A stretch of DNA of 64,000 nucleotides. Origin: Geosiphon pyriformis uo1. Lineage: Eukaryota; Fungi; Glomeromycota. Below, in pieces: positions 36,027-48,070 of the stretch; position 1 is the stretch's first letter, and each line of letters begins with the position of its first letter. A model generated the notes under the pieces. It did no database searches, was not told the DNA's origin, and worked only from the letters and a program-made list of their open reading frames with translations. The stretch is taken from the NCBI GenBank assembly GCA_016748015.1, contig JAAOMT010000129.1:310001-374000 (forward strand), given 5' to 3'. The position numbers and the translations under genes were made by a program.

Positions 36027-37122
36027 TGTTACAGGTAAACTTGGTGGGTATGAGAAATGGTAACGTTTGGTGCTCTCAATTATTGATGAATACGTCTTCT
36101 ACGTAATTCTGTTGGCTTAGTCTTGATTATCAGTCTCTGAAGGTCTATTCCTGGATGTGAATTTTACCCATTGAGTTCTTTGGTTATAAGGCACAGAGTT
36201 TGTCTTTCGTCGATTGCAACGTTTTTCATAAATGTGAGCTTTCTTTTCCGAGCTAATGAGCACAGTCGTTAGGGTCTGGCATTGTCTTTTTGCCCTTCTG
36301 GTAAGCTAACAAGATAATGTTAATATCCAAAACTTAGGAGAAGCTTCCCTCTTTTACCAGGCTATCACGAAGTCTATTCTCAGACAGTTGATTTTACTAT
36401 GTTGCTGCTCCACAAAAAATTAAGACAGAAAAAGAAAAAAAAAGAAAAAGAAAAGAAAAGAAAAGAGAGAAAGAATAAATTAGTATCATCAATCACCATG
36501 ATCAAGAGCAATTGGTCCAAATTGTTAATAGGTTTGAGACAGTTATGCTAAGAACATCTGTTCTAGAATGGAGGTACAAGACAAGGGTTAATTCATGTAA
36601 ATTTCACAAAGTTTAAGAACATGAATTTGCGATTCTGATTTCTTTTAATAATTGATTTATTTCAGAAGATGAACTAGGGAAGATAATAAAGGATGAAGAG
36701 GTATGGATATTTTAATTTCTGGTTTAAAGGTTTGTATCTATTTTTTCTTCTCTGCCTTTTCTCACTTCTACAACTACTTGCTTTTATACATTCTTTTGGT
36801 TTTACAGAATTGCTTTCAATTGTCTCGCTATTGCTAGCTATTGCTTTGTTGTTTCTGTTTATTGCTTCGTTTTTCTATGTTATCACTAGTTATCCTATGT
36901 TATAACATATTATCTGACATTATTACATGTTATTCTGTGTTATCCTGCATTATAACATGTTATCCTACGTTATTGCATGCTATTCTGTGTTATCCTGCGT
37001 TATAACACATTATCCAATGTTATAACGCATTATCCAACATTATTGTGCGTTATTCTGTGTTATGTCACATTTTTGGTCATGTTTCTTCATAACTTTGGAT
37101 CAGTTTTTCTACTCGGATAATA
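36027..37122 (-). repeat. B 5' LTR
   Basis: Direct repeat of 28585-29684. Confidence 0.95.
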
Positions 37123-37575
37123 TTGGATATTCTAAAAGTAAAATATACAGATCTCATACACATCCTAGCTTTATTGCTGAATCAAATCAATTTCAAGTTC
37201 AGATAAGAAAGACACAGTTTGTAAATCCAAATGTCTCTAATCATGTTTTTTATGATATTGGCCATGAATAGATATTAAGCAAAGAAATGAAAAAATTCAG
37301 TGAAATTGCATAGATGAAAAGAATAGACTTTTTTAAAGCAAGGCGAATTAAGAAAACATTGTTAGATACTTAAAAACCAATTCCAGTAACAAGTGAAAAA
37401 GCAAATCATCAAAAAATGTAAATCTGTTAATAAAATTACAACTATTACCTATTATTAACTTTCTAATATTTCTTTTAAGTGATTATGTTTTTGAAGCTTA
37501 TCAAGTTAATTGTGTGACAGCCTAATAAATATTCTTTAAGAAATTAGAAATATATTGTATTGTGTACAGTTTTGT

Positions 37576-38275
37576 TTACTTTGGGTTGGGTATATTATCA
37601 TTTATAATTGGCATTTTTAAAACATGATATGTTGAGTCTAAGTCCGAATTTCCATTCTGTGTGATTATGTTTGGATTATGAAAAGCATTCAACACAGATT
37701 TATTTGTTCCAAAAAAGTTGATTTTTAATACATTTTTAAAATTATCAATCAAACTTTCACTCACTAATACTAAATATTGGTCAAATAATGAATATAATTG
37801 CTAGTATAGAGCTCTTTTTTAATTGCAGATGCCAAAGTTGGTGTGAAAATGTATTTATTGAGTATATATCAGAATTCTCATGCTCTGAGTTTTATTACTG
37901 GTCATATTTTTTTTCTAAGGAAAGATAAATTTAAACTTCATTCCCAGTTGATTTGCTTGAACAATGTCCTATTAACAAACTTGTTCCCGGAAAATCCCAT
38001 TAGACCATTATTCTTGCTTGTAGGTCTGTTAATTCCTTCTCCCAATATAGAAAAAAAGTAATCTTGTTAGCCAAAGTTTGATCCAGAGTAACTTCATCAA
38101 TACCTGCAGCAATAGTCTCTAAAGCACTACCAGTCTCTGAAGCATCACTAGTCTCTAAAGCACCAAGAGCAGCAGTATTGTACTATATGTCAACTATTAT
38201 TAAAACTCTCATAATACCTGCAAACAACAAGTCAGATATAAAAGTTCCGTTATTGTCTTCTAATGGCAGTGGCAG
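37576..38275 (-). pseudogene. Probable eroded host gene, HMG-box-like
   Basis: Frame reads RPTSKNNGLMGFS...NLSFLRKKI*PVIKLRA*EF*YIL; TGA stops fall where Trp/Arg would fit an HMG-box pattern; pyrimidine-rich acceptor-like site ~38276. Confidence 0.35.
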
Positions 38276-38469
38276 CTTATAAAGAAGAAAAGTAATTGAA
38301 TGTTATAATATTTCAGAAATTTTGTTTAGTGTTCTACAATTGTTTCCAGAAACTTCTCTAATTTTTTTTACTATTATAAAAAGAATAATTTCTATTAACA
38401 AATTAGGAAATCTCCCTGACTGTACATGTCTAATTAAATATGAGATAACATCTGATGTTTATATCTAAT

Positions 38470-38680
38470 ATTATATGATTATAGTGTGACTATAGAGAAT
38501 AGAAATTACTTATATTCTGCTATTATATTTGTGAGAATAGGGACTATAAGAAGATATATATAGTAAAAGTGATTATAAGGAGATAATATTATATATAAAT
38601 AGTTTTGGTTTTTAAAAAAATATGATTATAAGAAGATAATGACTATAACTAGAGGGACTATAGAGAGAGTTCACTATATA
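38470..38680. repeat. Dispersed short repeats GA(C/T)TATA(A)G(G/A)AGA, ~7 copies
   Basis: Visible recurring motif. Confidence 0.5.
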
Positions 38681-38699
38681 TTACAATTTTTTAAACTAA

Positions 38700-40560
38700 A
38701 TAATTTATTAAATAAGAGAAGAAAAAAATACCAAAACCAAAAAAAAGATTAATTTTACCAAAACTGAATTAATAAAACTTTTTAGTATTAATATATTTGC
38801 TTTTAAATTATTAATTCTGGCTGCAAAAATTTTTAAACTATTAACATCTAAAAATAAAAAATTATTTATATTAAGCCAAATTAAAAAAAATAATGTCAAT
38901 TTATCCAAAATTATGTTTAAATTTACTAAACCTAAAAAAAAATTAAGTACTTTAAAAACTAAAAAAAAGAACAGATTAATAAAGAATTTAATTTGCAAAA
39001 AATAATAAATACTTAATTGATTAAAAACTTTAAAAAACATTTTAATATATTTAAATAGATTTTTACAAAAAAAATAACAAACAAACAAAAAAGTTTAATT
39101 TTAATTAAAAATAGATTACTTAAAAAATTATAAACAACAGTAAAATAATAATTATTAATTTAAGTCTAAAATTTTTTGTTAAAAAAAGCTGATTAAACAA
39201 TTAAAGCTAATTTTTTAGCATATATACTTACAAATTTGTATTTATTAAAATCTAAAAAATGCTTTTTAAATTTAAATTTTAGAGTTAATGTTTTAAATTA
39301 ACTATATATTAAAAAGATATAATTAACTTTTCTACATAAAAAGTACAAAAAAAATTCTATTCAAGCTTAATTCAAACAAATATTTTTAAAAATTAAAGAT
39401 TTAGTCAATATTACTATTAAACTATTATTAAATTTAAAATAAACAACAGTATATTTAATACAAATATATTTAACAAAATTATAATTAATAAAATAAATCT
39501 TTTTACTAATTAAATTAATAAAATTTTATAAATTATAAACAGTTATTTTAATTAACAAAATATAAAATAAAGCTTTATTAATGTTTTTAATATTTCAAAA
39601 TAATTTGGTTATATTAGTTTTTACTATTTATATTGAATTTTTTTAATTAAAACAGACTACTTAAATACCAATTAATTAATTTGCTTAATATTATCAAATT
39701 TTATTAGAGTTTTCTGTTATAGTTTTATCAATTGTATTTTAATTAACTTAATATTACCAAAATTGATTAGTCAACATACATAGTTCAATAAATATTTTTA
39801 TAGGAATTTTTTTAAATTTATAATTTAATTTATATAATTATTTACTAGTATTTTAAGATTAATGTTTATTATAATATTACTTTTATTTATTAAAATTAAT
39901 GTTTCTATTATGGTTTTTTCAAACACAAAAATTGCAAAAATAATTCTATTAAATTTTGAAAAAATTGAAATTTTCTCAAAATTATTTACTCTTAAGAACA
40001 ATTTTTAGTTTTTTTTAAAAAATTTTTTTATTAATTATTAAAAGATTAATATTCAAAACAAATAATTTTTAAATTAAAACAGTAATTAAAATTTTAAGTA
40101 AAAAAAAAAGAAACAAAGAAGTCTTTAAATTATTATTATTAACAAAAAATTTTTTTAATAACAATTTTTGGTTTTTTAGAAATTATAAAAATAATAATAT
40201 TATTATTAATATTGTTATTATTACTAATTAAAAACTTGTTTCTTTAATTAAAAACTTTTTTTCTATATTTATACTATTTAATTTAGTTGTATTATTAACT
40301 TTAGAATTACTTAACTTGTTAATTATAGAGTTTTTTATTAAATAAAAGATTTAGTATTTCTTGTAAAATTTTTTAAAACACTTTTTTTGTGTTTTTTCTT
40401 AAATATTAAAGTTATGTTAATTTTGTTAAAAATTGATTTTTTTGTTATTTTTTTCATATTAAAACTGTTAACATAATTAACAGTTTTGTATTTAAACAAA
40501 AATAATTGTGAATTGTTTAACTAAATATTAAAATATAAAAAAAATATAAAAATTTCTTTT
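38700..40560 (-). pseudogene. Highly eroded LINE ORF1 relic
   Basis: Collinear similarity by eye with 58700-60500. Confidence 0.55.
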
Positions 40561-40808
40561 AAAATTGGTGTTTTTTAAAAAATTTGAAATGTATAAAAAA
40601 AAGTTTTAATTATAATTATATTATGTTTTAAAAAAAAAAAATTTATTTATTTAGAATACAAAAAACAAAATAAATTAATAATAAATTAAAACTATTATAT
40701 TAAAATTAAATTAAAAGTTTTTAAAAAAATGTAATTTATAAATATTTAATTTAAAAAATAAAAATAAATAATAATTAAAAAATTATAAAATAATAAATAT
40801 AAATTAGA

Positions 40809-43085
40809 AATGATTTTATTTTTAATATTTAATTAATTTATTTTAAAACACAATATTTTTTTATATATTTTTATTTATTTAAATAATATTAATAGTAAAA
40901 AACTGTCTTTAATAATTTTTAAAATATTTTTTTATTTTTGGCTAATAGTTTTTTTTAGTTAAAGTACTTTCTAAAAGACATATTTAAATTAGTTTTAATG
41001 TTTTTTTATTATTATAGTTTAACAAGTACAGCCTAATTACTACCTAGTATACAGAGTCAAAACTGTGGACTCCAGCTAGATATAATTCATGTGCTTACTA
41101 CATGTGACCCGTCATTCGGACTAATCAAAGCAATACTACACACTTATATAAACAGACATTATATTAAATGAACCTAAAAAAAACAAATAAGGCCTATGGA
41201 AACCAAAACTCACACCAAAAGAATCATTAATACCAATCAACTTAACTATGTTATCTGACAAACCTTGTTCTGAACCACAATGTACCAACAGCAACACCTT
41301 TAAGTCACCAATCAGATTGTTTCTCTCCATGTTGGCCCTAAACCTAGACTTAAACTCTTACAACTCAGAATGGTGACATGCATCCACTCTTCATACAAAG
41401 TCAACTAGAATTCAGACAGCCTCTTTGCAATCCACAAAAATCTGCACAGTTTCCTCAAACTATTCTGCCAGCACAAAGCCTTTACAAAGAAGAGCATCTT
41501 AATGTTGTTTTACTCTCTTTAAAAGTTTTAAAGTATTTAATAACAGACTAATTAATAAGTTAGTTTATCTTATTATTACTATTAACATTATCATTATCTC
41601 TTTACAAATAATTAAAAAGGCCAAAATTTCAAAAAACAGCAGCAATTATTTGTGTTTGCTATTGTTACACCAAATTTTTAAATAGTTTCAAATAAAGTCT
41701 TGGATAAAATTTTTTCAATAGCAATCAGTTTTTTTCTTAATATAAACTATAATAATAATAAAATATCTCCTAATATAAACCAAAATTAATTATTAGCTGT
41801 ATTATCAAATATGGTGTTTTTTGGCAGATTATTACTGATTCTAAAAACAAAGCAATTTATTAGGTTATTTAATCTTAAGGATTAAGCTAATCAAATAAAA
41901 ACTAAATTAATTTTTATTTTTTTTGTTTTTTAGTGTTGTTTTTAGTAGTATTTAAAAAACAATTACCAGTTGTTAAAAATTTTCTAAATAGATAATTTCT
42001 ATTCTGGTGTTTAATGCTATTTTTAAAATCAAGCTGATATTAATTAATTTTTTGTTTTATTTGCTGCCTAGTTTTATTGGATTCAAATTAGTTTTTAAAG
42101 ACAATATTAAGTTGTTTTGTGTGGTTTTTGTTTTTAAGACTTGTTTGATTACTGTTGTTGAAATTTTTATTAGTGGTTTTTTTTTTAATCATACTTAAGA
42201 ATGTTAAATTTTTTGTGATAACTTTTAATTCTCTTTTTTTTATTTTTGTTGCATTCTGTAATATTTTTTTAATATATTTTTAATAATATTAAAAATGTTC
42301 TTAATAGTTTTAGTGTTATTATTTTTGTTAAATTAAGACTTGCTGGTTTGTAACAATATATTATTATTAATTTCAAAAACTTTTTTTTTATTACTGCTGT
42401 TTTTAATAATTGATTTGTACTGGTAAAAAAAGACAGTATTCAAATTTTTTTTTTCTTAATTAAAAAAAATTATTACTCTAAGAGATTTTTTCAAGACCAA
42501 ATTAATCAATTTTTTTTGGTTGTATTGTTTTTAAAATTAGTAATATGATTTTTTAAGTTGGTAATATTTGTTTTATTTCTTGTTTTCTGAATTTTTATTA
42601 TTGTTAATGTTTTGTTATTGTTACTTTTAAGTTTTATAAGATGTTAAAGCTTGCTATAGTAAAAACTAGTATTTTATACAAATATTATATTTGGTATAAA
42701 ACTTTTGGGTGTTATTATTGTTATAAATATTAGAGTTTAAACTATTTGTCTGCTAAATATAAAGTATTTTTATCTTTTTTTTTAAGTTGTTTTTTAATTT
42801 TGTTGTTGGCTTTTGGTTTTTTATTTTATTTGTTGTTAATAGCAAATTTTATGCTATGACTTTATCTTTTTAATTCTTTTTTTTGCTGTTTTTTTGGCTT
42901 TTTTTGCTGTTAATTTTGTTGACAAATCTAGATTAAATTTTTTAAAAACTCAAATCTTGAGTTTAGCTGCTCTAGTAAAATTTTTTGTTGAACTTATTGA
43001 TTTTTTAATCACTTTAATTACCAGTTTTCTAAATAATAATACTGTTAAGTCTCTATAGTTAAAAAAAATTTGCTTTTTATAAAGT
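40809..43085 (+). pseudogene. Eroded ORF1-like (RRM plus CCHC) reading frame of a second type, interrupted by a LINE fragment
   Basis: Remnants VKLRLAGL, VLVKKDSIQI, eroded knuckle ~42710-42760; related copy at ~61640-63150. Confidence 0.55.
41003..41498 (-). mobile_element. 5'-truncated LINE (ORF2 C-terminus, 3' UTR, A-tail)
   Basis: ORF 41136..41330 matches the LINE ORF2 end; T-run at 41001-41007; TSD TTAATGTT at 40995-41002 and 41499-41506. Confidence 0.85.
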
Positions 43086-46000
43086 GTGGTGCTTCTATTA
43101 ATTGTAAATAAAAAGTTGTTAATTTTTCTAACTGGAGTTTTTTTTATATTATTGGCTATAATAATAACTGTTTAGATAAGTTTATTTATGTTTTGTTTAA
43201 GCTGTTGCATTAACTGGTAGGTAATAATGCTTTCAGCAGATCTATTGTTTAGGATTAACTAAATTAGTTTTTTTTTCATCTTGGTTTCTGTGTACATAGC
43301 TGTAATTGCTTTATGTTCTGTAATGACTACATTACTAAGTAAAAATGATAATTTGTTTGCTTTAAATTCAAATAGAAATATATTGAAAAAATTAACATTT
43401 TGAACAATTTTGGTTGATAAAATTGTATTACTAGAAAGATTTTGTTTTAAGGCTGTAACTTTATTTTCAGAAAATACAATTTATTAAAAATTCGATTCTT
43501 TTGATATTATAAGATAGCTGAGTTAGATATAGAAGTAATTGAATCTTTGCTGAACTAAGTTTTGAAAAACTAACTGGTTGTTGGAATTGAATTGGTTGTT
43601 GTTTATTGCAAATTAGTTTTAAAATGCAAATTGGTTGGGTTAAACTAATTTTTAAACAAATACTTGATATTATTGTGTAGATGGCAATTGATATTGTTGT
43701 TGCATTGGTTATAGAGCAGATTGATAATAATTGGTTTGATATTGGGATCTAAGTAAATAATACAATAGTAGTAAAGATTAATAATAAGATAGTTGTAATT
43801 GGGAATAATGTTGATTATTCCTGTTTTGCTGGTCTTTTTGTATTTTTTACAATCTTGTTTTCAGTATTCTGAAATTTTACAATAATAACAGTTTTAAAAT
43901 TGATTGTTAGATAATGATAAGAAAAAGTTATTCTGATTTTGTTGTTATAGTAATTGGTATTTTTGTTGTTACTGTTGTTATTGTTAATTTGTAAAATAGT
44001 TTTCTACTTTTTTGGTAAGTTGATTGATTTTTTTTTCAGCTGTTAAGCTGGTTTTTTCAATAATTAAATTTACAAATTTGGTGTAGTTAGCTTTTTTTAT
44101 AACTATTTTATAGTTTTTTATATATTAAATAACTATAGCTAAATCTGTTAAAACATGTAAGCAAACTTTCTTAATAAGTTTATTATTTAGTCTAGCAATA
44201 AATTGATTCAAAACTTGGACATTGAAATAATAGTTGTTGGTTTACCATTGTTAAATTCATTTAAGAAGTTTATTGAATTTTCCAAGATAGATTATGACAA
44301 ATTCAGATAGTTCTTGCTTAATGTTTTAGAATTAGTTTTGAAAAGTAATAAAAGTATTATTGTTTATGAATTGTTCTAGAAAAGCTTTTTTAAATGTTTG
44401 TCAGATTCCAAAAAGTTTATCTAAGTTCTCAAATTATTTATTTGCAGTTTTTTGAAAAAAATAAGGAATAATTTTGAGCATTCTTATAGTATTCTATTTG
44501 TTTATATCTTCTGCTTTCTGGATTTTGTCAAGCCATTCTTGTAAACTGGTGTTAATATTTTTTTTAGTAAATTTACTGATTTTTGTAATATAGACAGTTG
44601 TTATTTTTTTTGTATTTTTGTTTTTAGTGGTTTTTTTTTTTGTGAATTAGAAATGTTATTGTTGTTATCAGAATAATTGTTTTGGTTTTCTGCTAAGAAA
44701 TTGAGAAAGTTAGTATTAATAAAAATTTGTTTAGACTGTTGTATTAAACTTTTTGGTAATATAAAATTTTCTGGTTTTAAAAAACAGTTGAATAATGAAT
44801 TTGGTGTTTAAGCTTGAGCAAGAGAAGCTAAAAAAGATATAATTAAAAGTGGTAATTTTGAATTAGTTTTTTGTTCAGATGTTTGTAAGTGTTAAAAAGT
44901 TGTCTTTAGTGTATTAAATATTGTTTGAACTGGTTGGGTGTTTTTTTTGTTCTTTCTGTTTGTTTTAGATTTTAATTTGAATTCAAAAATAAATTGTAAA
45001 TTAACAAGATACATTTCTTTACAAAACTAGATAATATTGTAATCTAATTCTTTAAAATAAATAGCACAATTGTTAAAATTAATATTTTCTGTATCTCTAC
45101 TTGAGTAGTAAATAAGATTTTTAAGAAGGTTTTATTTGACTTCTATAATATTGTAGTTTCCAAAAAGATAATTGTTAATTCAGTTTTCAATATACTGAAA
45201 AAATGTTTCTTTAAAAGCTGTGATTCCATCTGAAATTTCAAATTATTGTTTGCAATAAATATAAATTAACTGATTGTACTCTAAAGTTGTTATGTTTGAT
45301 GCAGTTGCCATTTTAAAGAAGTTGTTATTGCTGTATTAATCTATAAAAGAGCATTAAATATTATTAGAGGTTTTTAAATCTCTTTTTTTGAATACTATTA
45401 ATGTCTGTTTACTGTAAATTTATGTTTTCTAAAAGTAGTTAAACCTCTAATAACTGAATTTATTTTTAAATTATCTTCTATAATTTAAACTATTGGGCTT
45501 ATAAGTGGAATAGCCAATTCTATGCCAGTTATTTTGTATAGTTATATTATAATAAATGTCAATTTTTTCTTAAAAATTGCTTATCTGGAAGCTTACTAAA
45601 ATGTAGTTATTTTGTAGTAAAAATCAACTTTTCTACAAGAATCTTATTTGTAAACTATCTTAATGATTATAATAAAAATAAAAAATAAAAAAATAAAAAA
45701 AATAGAATTTCATTAAGAAAATTATTTTCTATTTAGGTCTAAAGTTGCTAATATATTACTGAAATTGGTAGCTAGTTAATTTTAAAACATTAGTTGAATT
45801 TTGAAAATGTTAAGTATAATTATTTCAAGAATTGGTTTTCAAAATATATTTTTATTTTTGAATTGTGTTAATTAGAATAAATCTAAAGTAAAAAATTCTA
45901 AGAAAAGATATATTTTCTCAAAGAAAAAAGCTTTTCTTTTATACAATTTGTTATAGTACTAGTCTATAAACTTGAACTTTTCTTTTTGCTATAATTTAAA

Positions 46001-46195
46001 TAAACTAAAAATATATTTTAATAAGTTATAAGTTATTTTAATAAACTATTCATTATTTTGATGTATTATTCATTATTTTGACAAATTTTTTACAAATTTT
46101 GGTGAATTCTTGAATATTACATAGTTTGATGTATTGTGTAATTTGATCATTCTAGTTTTTATTGTACAAATCGAATTATTAATTAAATAGTAATA
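43085..46195 (-). mobile_element. Eroded Gypsy relic (family C): 5' LTR ~45359-46195, PBS remnant, gag, PR N-half
   Basis: Remnants ITAMYTETKM and NNIKKTPVRKINNF (PR), capsid-like region 44100-44600, ATG 45311, PBS-like AGAGCATTAAA ~45348-45358. Confidence 0.7.
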
Positions 46196-46329
46196 TTTGA
46201 TAATTTAATTAAATAATAAGTAATAATTAAAACAATATTAATATATACTAATTAATAAGAAATTATAAGAGTAATTTTATATTAATTAATGGCTAAAATT
46301 TTACTAATAACAATAATAAGATAATATTT

Positions 46330-47278
46330 GACAATGTTTACTACTTTGTAAAGAATATAAACAATACTATAAGACAATTTTAATAGAAAATTGGACCAGA
46401 TTTTAGTATTATTAATTCTTTTTATATTAATAACTTTAATTAAAAACACACAGTTTTAATTTGGTATTTTAATTTTTATATAATTGCTAAATACATAAAC
46501 AAGATTATTTTTAATTTATATATGTACTTGATAAAAACTTTACATAGAAGATTGCTAATAATAGTTAGAAAGCATTTGTACAATTATAGCTATTTAAATA
46601 TATTATGTATACATTGTAATGAAATAAAGTTTTTAGATCATAGTTTTACTTGCAGGTTGAATTTTTTTATTTGTCAAAATTTGTTAAATAAATACTACTT
46701 TCTATAAAAGCCTCTAATTAATGCAAATTTAAATATATCTGTAATTTTCTGGTTATTAATTAAGTATGCTTTAGATATTAACAAATACACAATTCTGTAC
46801 AAAAAATTTATTTTGGAAGATTAATAGTTGAAGATTAAAATCTGTTTTAAAAATATTAAGCTTGCTGTATTTAGTTTAATTAAGTTTGTTCAGAATTTAA
46901 TTATCAGTTATAGGAAGTAGATATAAATTTTTAATTCAAAACTTTGGGCTAATATAAAACATAAAGAGTTGTTATTTGATAATGGTTTTGTGTTTAATAT
47001 TGTTTGTAGTTTTTTTGTTAAAATATCAGATAATATTGCTTATTTGCTAAGAATTAAAAAAGATATTGTTGTTAGTTTTGGCTTAAAAGTTATTTATTTA
47101 TTTTTTATTAGTATAATTAAAAAAGTTTTAGTTAATATAATTATGTAGTATTGTCTTAATTGATTAAGTAACTGGTTACATATAATAAGCATATAAATTA
47201 TATTTAATTTAGAACTCTAGATAATTGTATTGTATTAAATAGTAATTGAATTTTACTTATAATTAAATAAAAAAAAAT
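46330..47278 (+). mobile_element. Eroded LINE 3' fragment with A-tail
   Basis: ORF 46522..46707 (YLIKTLHRRL..CIHC..DHSFTC); 3' UTR like 10467-10597. Confidence 0.8.
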
Positions 47279-47979
47279 TGATATAATAATAGCAAAAAAA
47301 AACAATTGTTATTTTTTGAAGTTTTTAGTTTTTTTGGTTATTTATAAAATAATAATAATAATAAAATTAAAAAACCAATTTTCTACTAATTTGATATTAA
47401 AATTTTATAAAAAATAGAATAATATTAGAACTAATTTTAATATGTTTTTTGAAAGAAATTTTAATTAAGAAAAAACTACTAATTAAAGAAAAAAATGTTT
47501 TAAAAAGTTATTAAAAACAGCTTTGTGCTATTAATATTTAAAGAAAACATTTTTAAAATGTTTTCTTTAATTGTTTTTATGACAAAAAAGTTTTTTTGTG
47601 TTAAAACTTTATTAATTATTATAAAAAAAGTAACATTTACAACTTTATTATTCTTTGTTTTAATTATAATTATAAAATAAAAAATAGAAAGATTATTTAT
47701 TTTTTTAGTATTTAATTTAAAAATAATTATAAATTAAAACTTTTACATAAAACTTAACTTTTTTAAATTAGTTGTAATTTTCTAAAATATGGTTTTTAAT
47801 ACAAATATTTTTTTTAAATACAAAGAAAAATAATGTTAACATATTTACATTTATATATACATTATAATAAATAATTTACAATAAAAATTTCTTGTAAAAA
47901 ATTTAGTTTTTACAAATTATAATTATAATTGCAATAATTTGAAAACAAAAATTGGTTATTTTTATAAAATATTATGAAA

Positions 47980-48070
47980 GGCTGGTTACGTGTAGAAAAG
48001 GCATGAGCCACGCTTATTTTAAAATCTTATACGATTGTATTGTAATAGGCTGCACTCGTAAAAAAAAAAA
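47980..48070 (+). mobile_element. ~90-bp LINE 3'-UTR-like fragment with poly(A)
   Basis: CTGGTTACGTGT...TAGGCTGCACTCGT(A)11 resembles the other LINE 3' ends. Confidence 0.5.

Larger units (their letters stand above)
28585..37122 (-). mobile_element. Gypsy family B element, two ~1.1-kb LTRs, internal gag/PR deletion
   Basis: LTRs 28585-29684 and 36027-37122; PPT 29685-29700; PBS 36007-36024; RT YLDD intact; flanks GTGT vs TTGG do not match. Confidence 0.92.

Noticed and set aside
41020-41135. Twister or hammerhead ribozyme in the LINE 3' UTR
   Set aside because: Only superficial similarity; core motifs and pseudoknot pairings could not be placed
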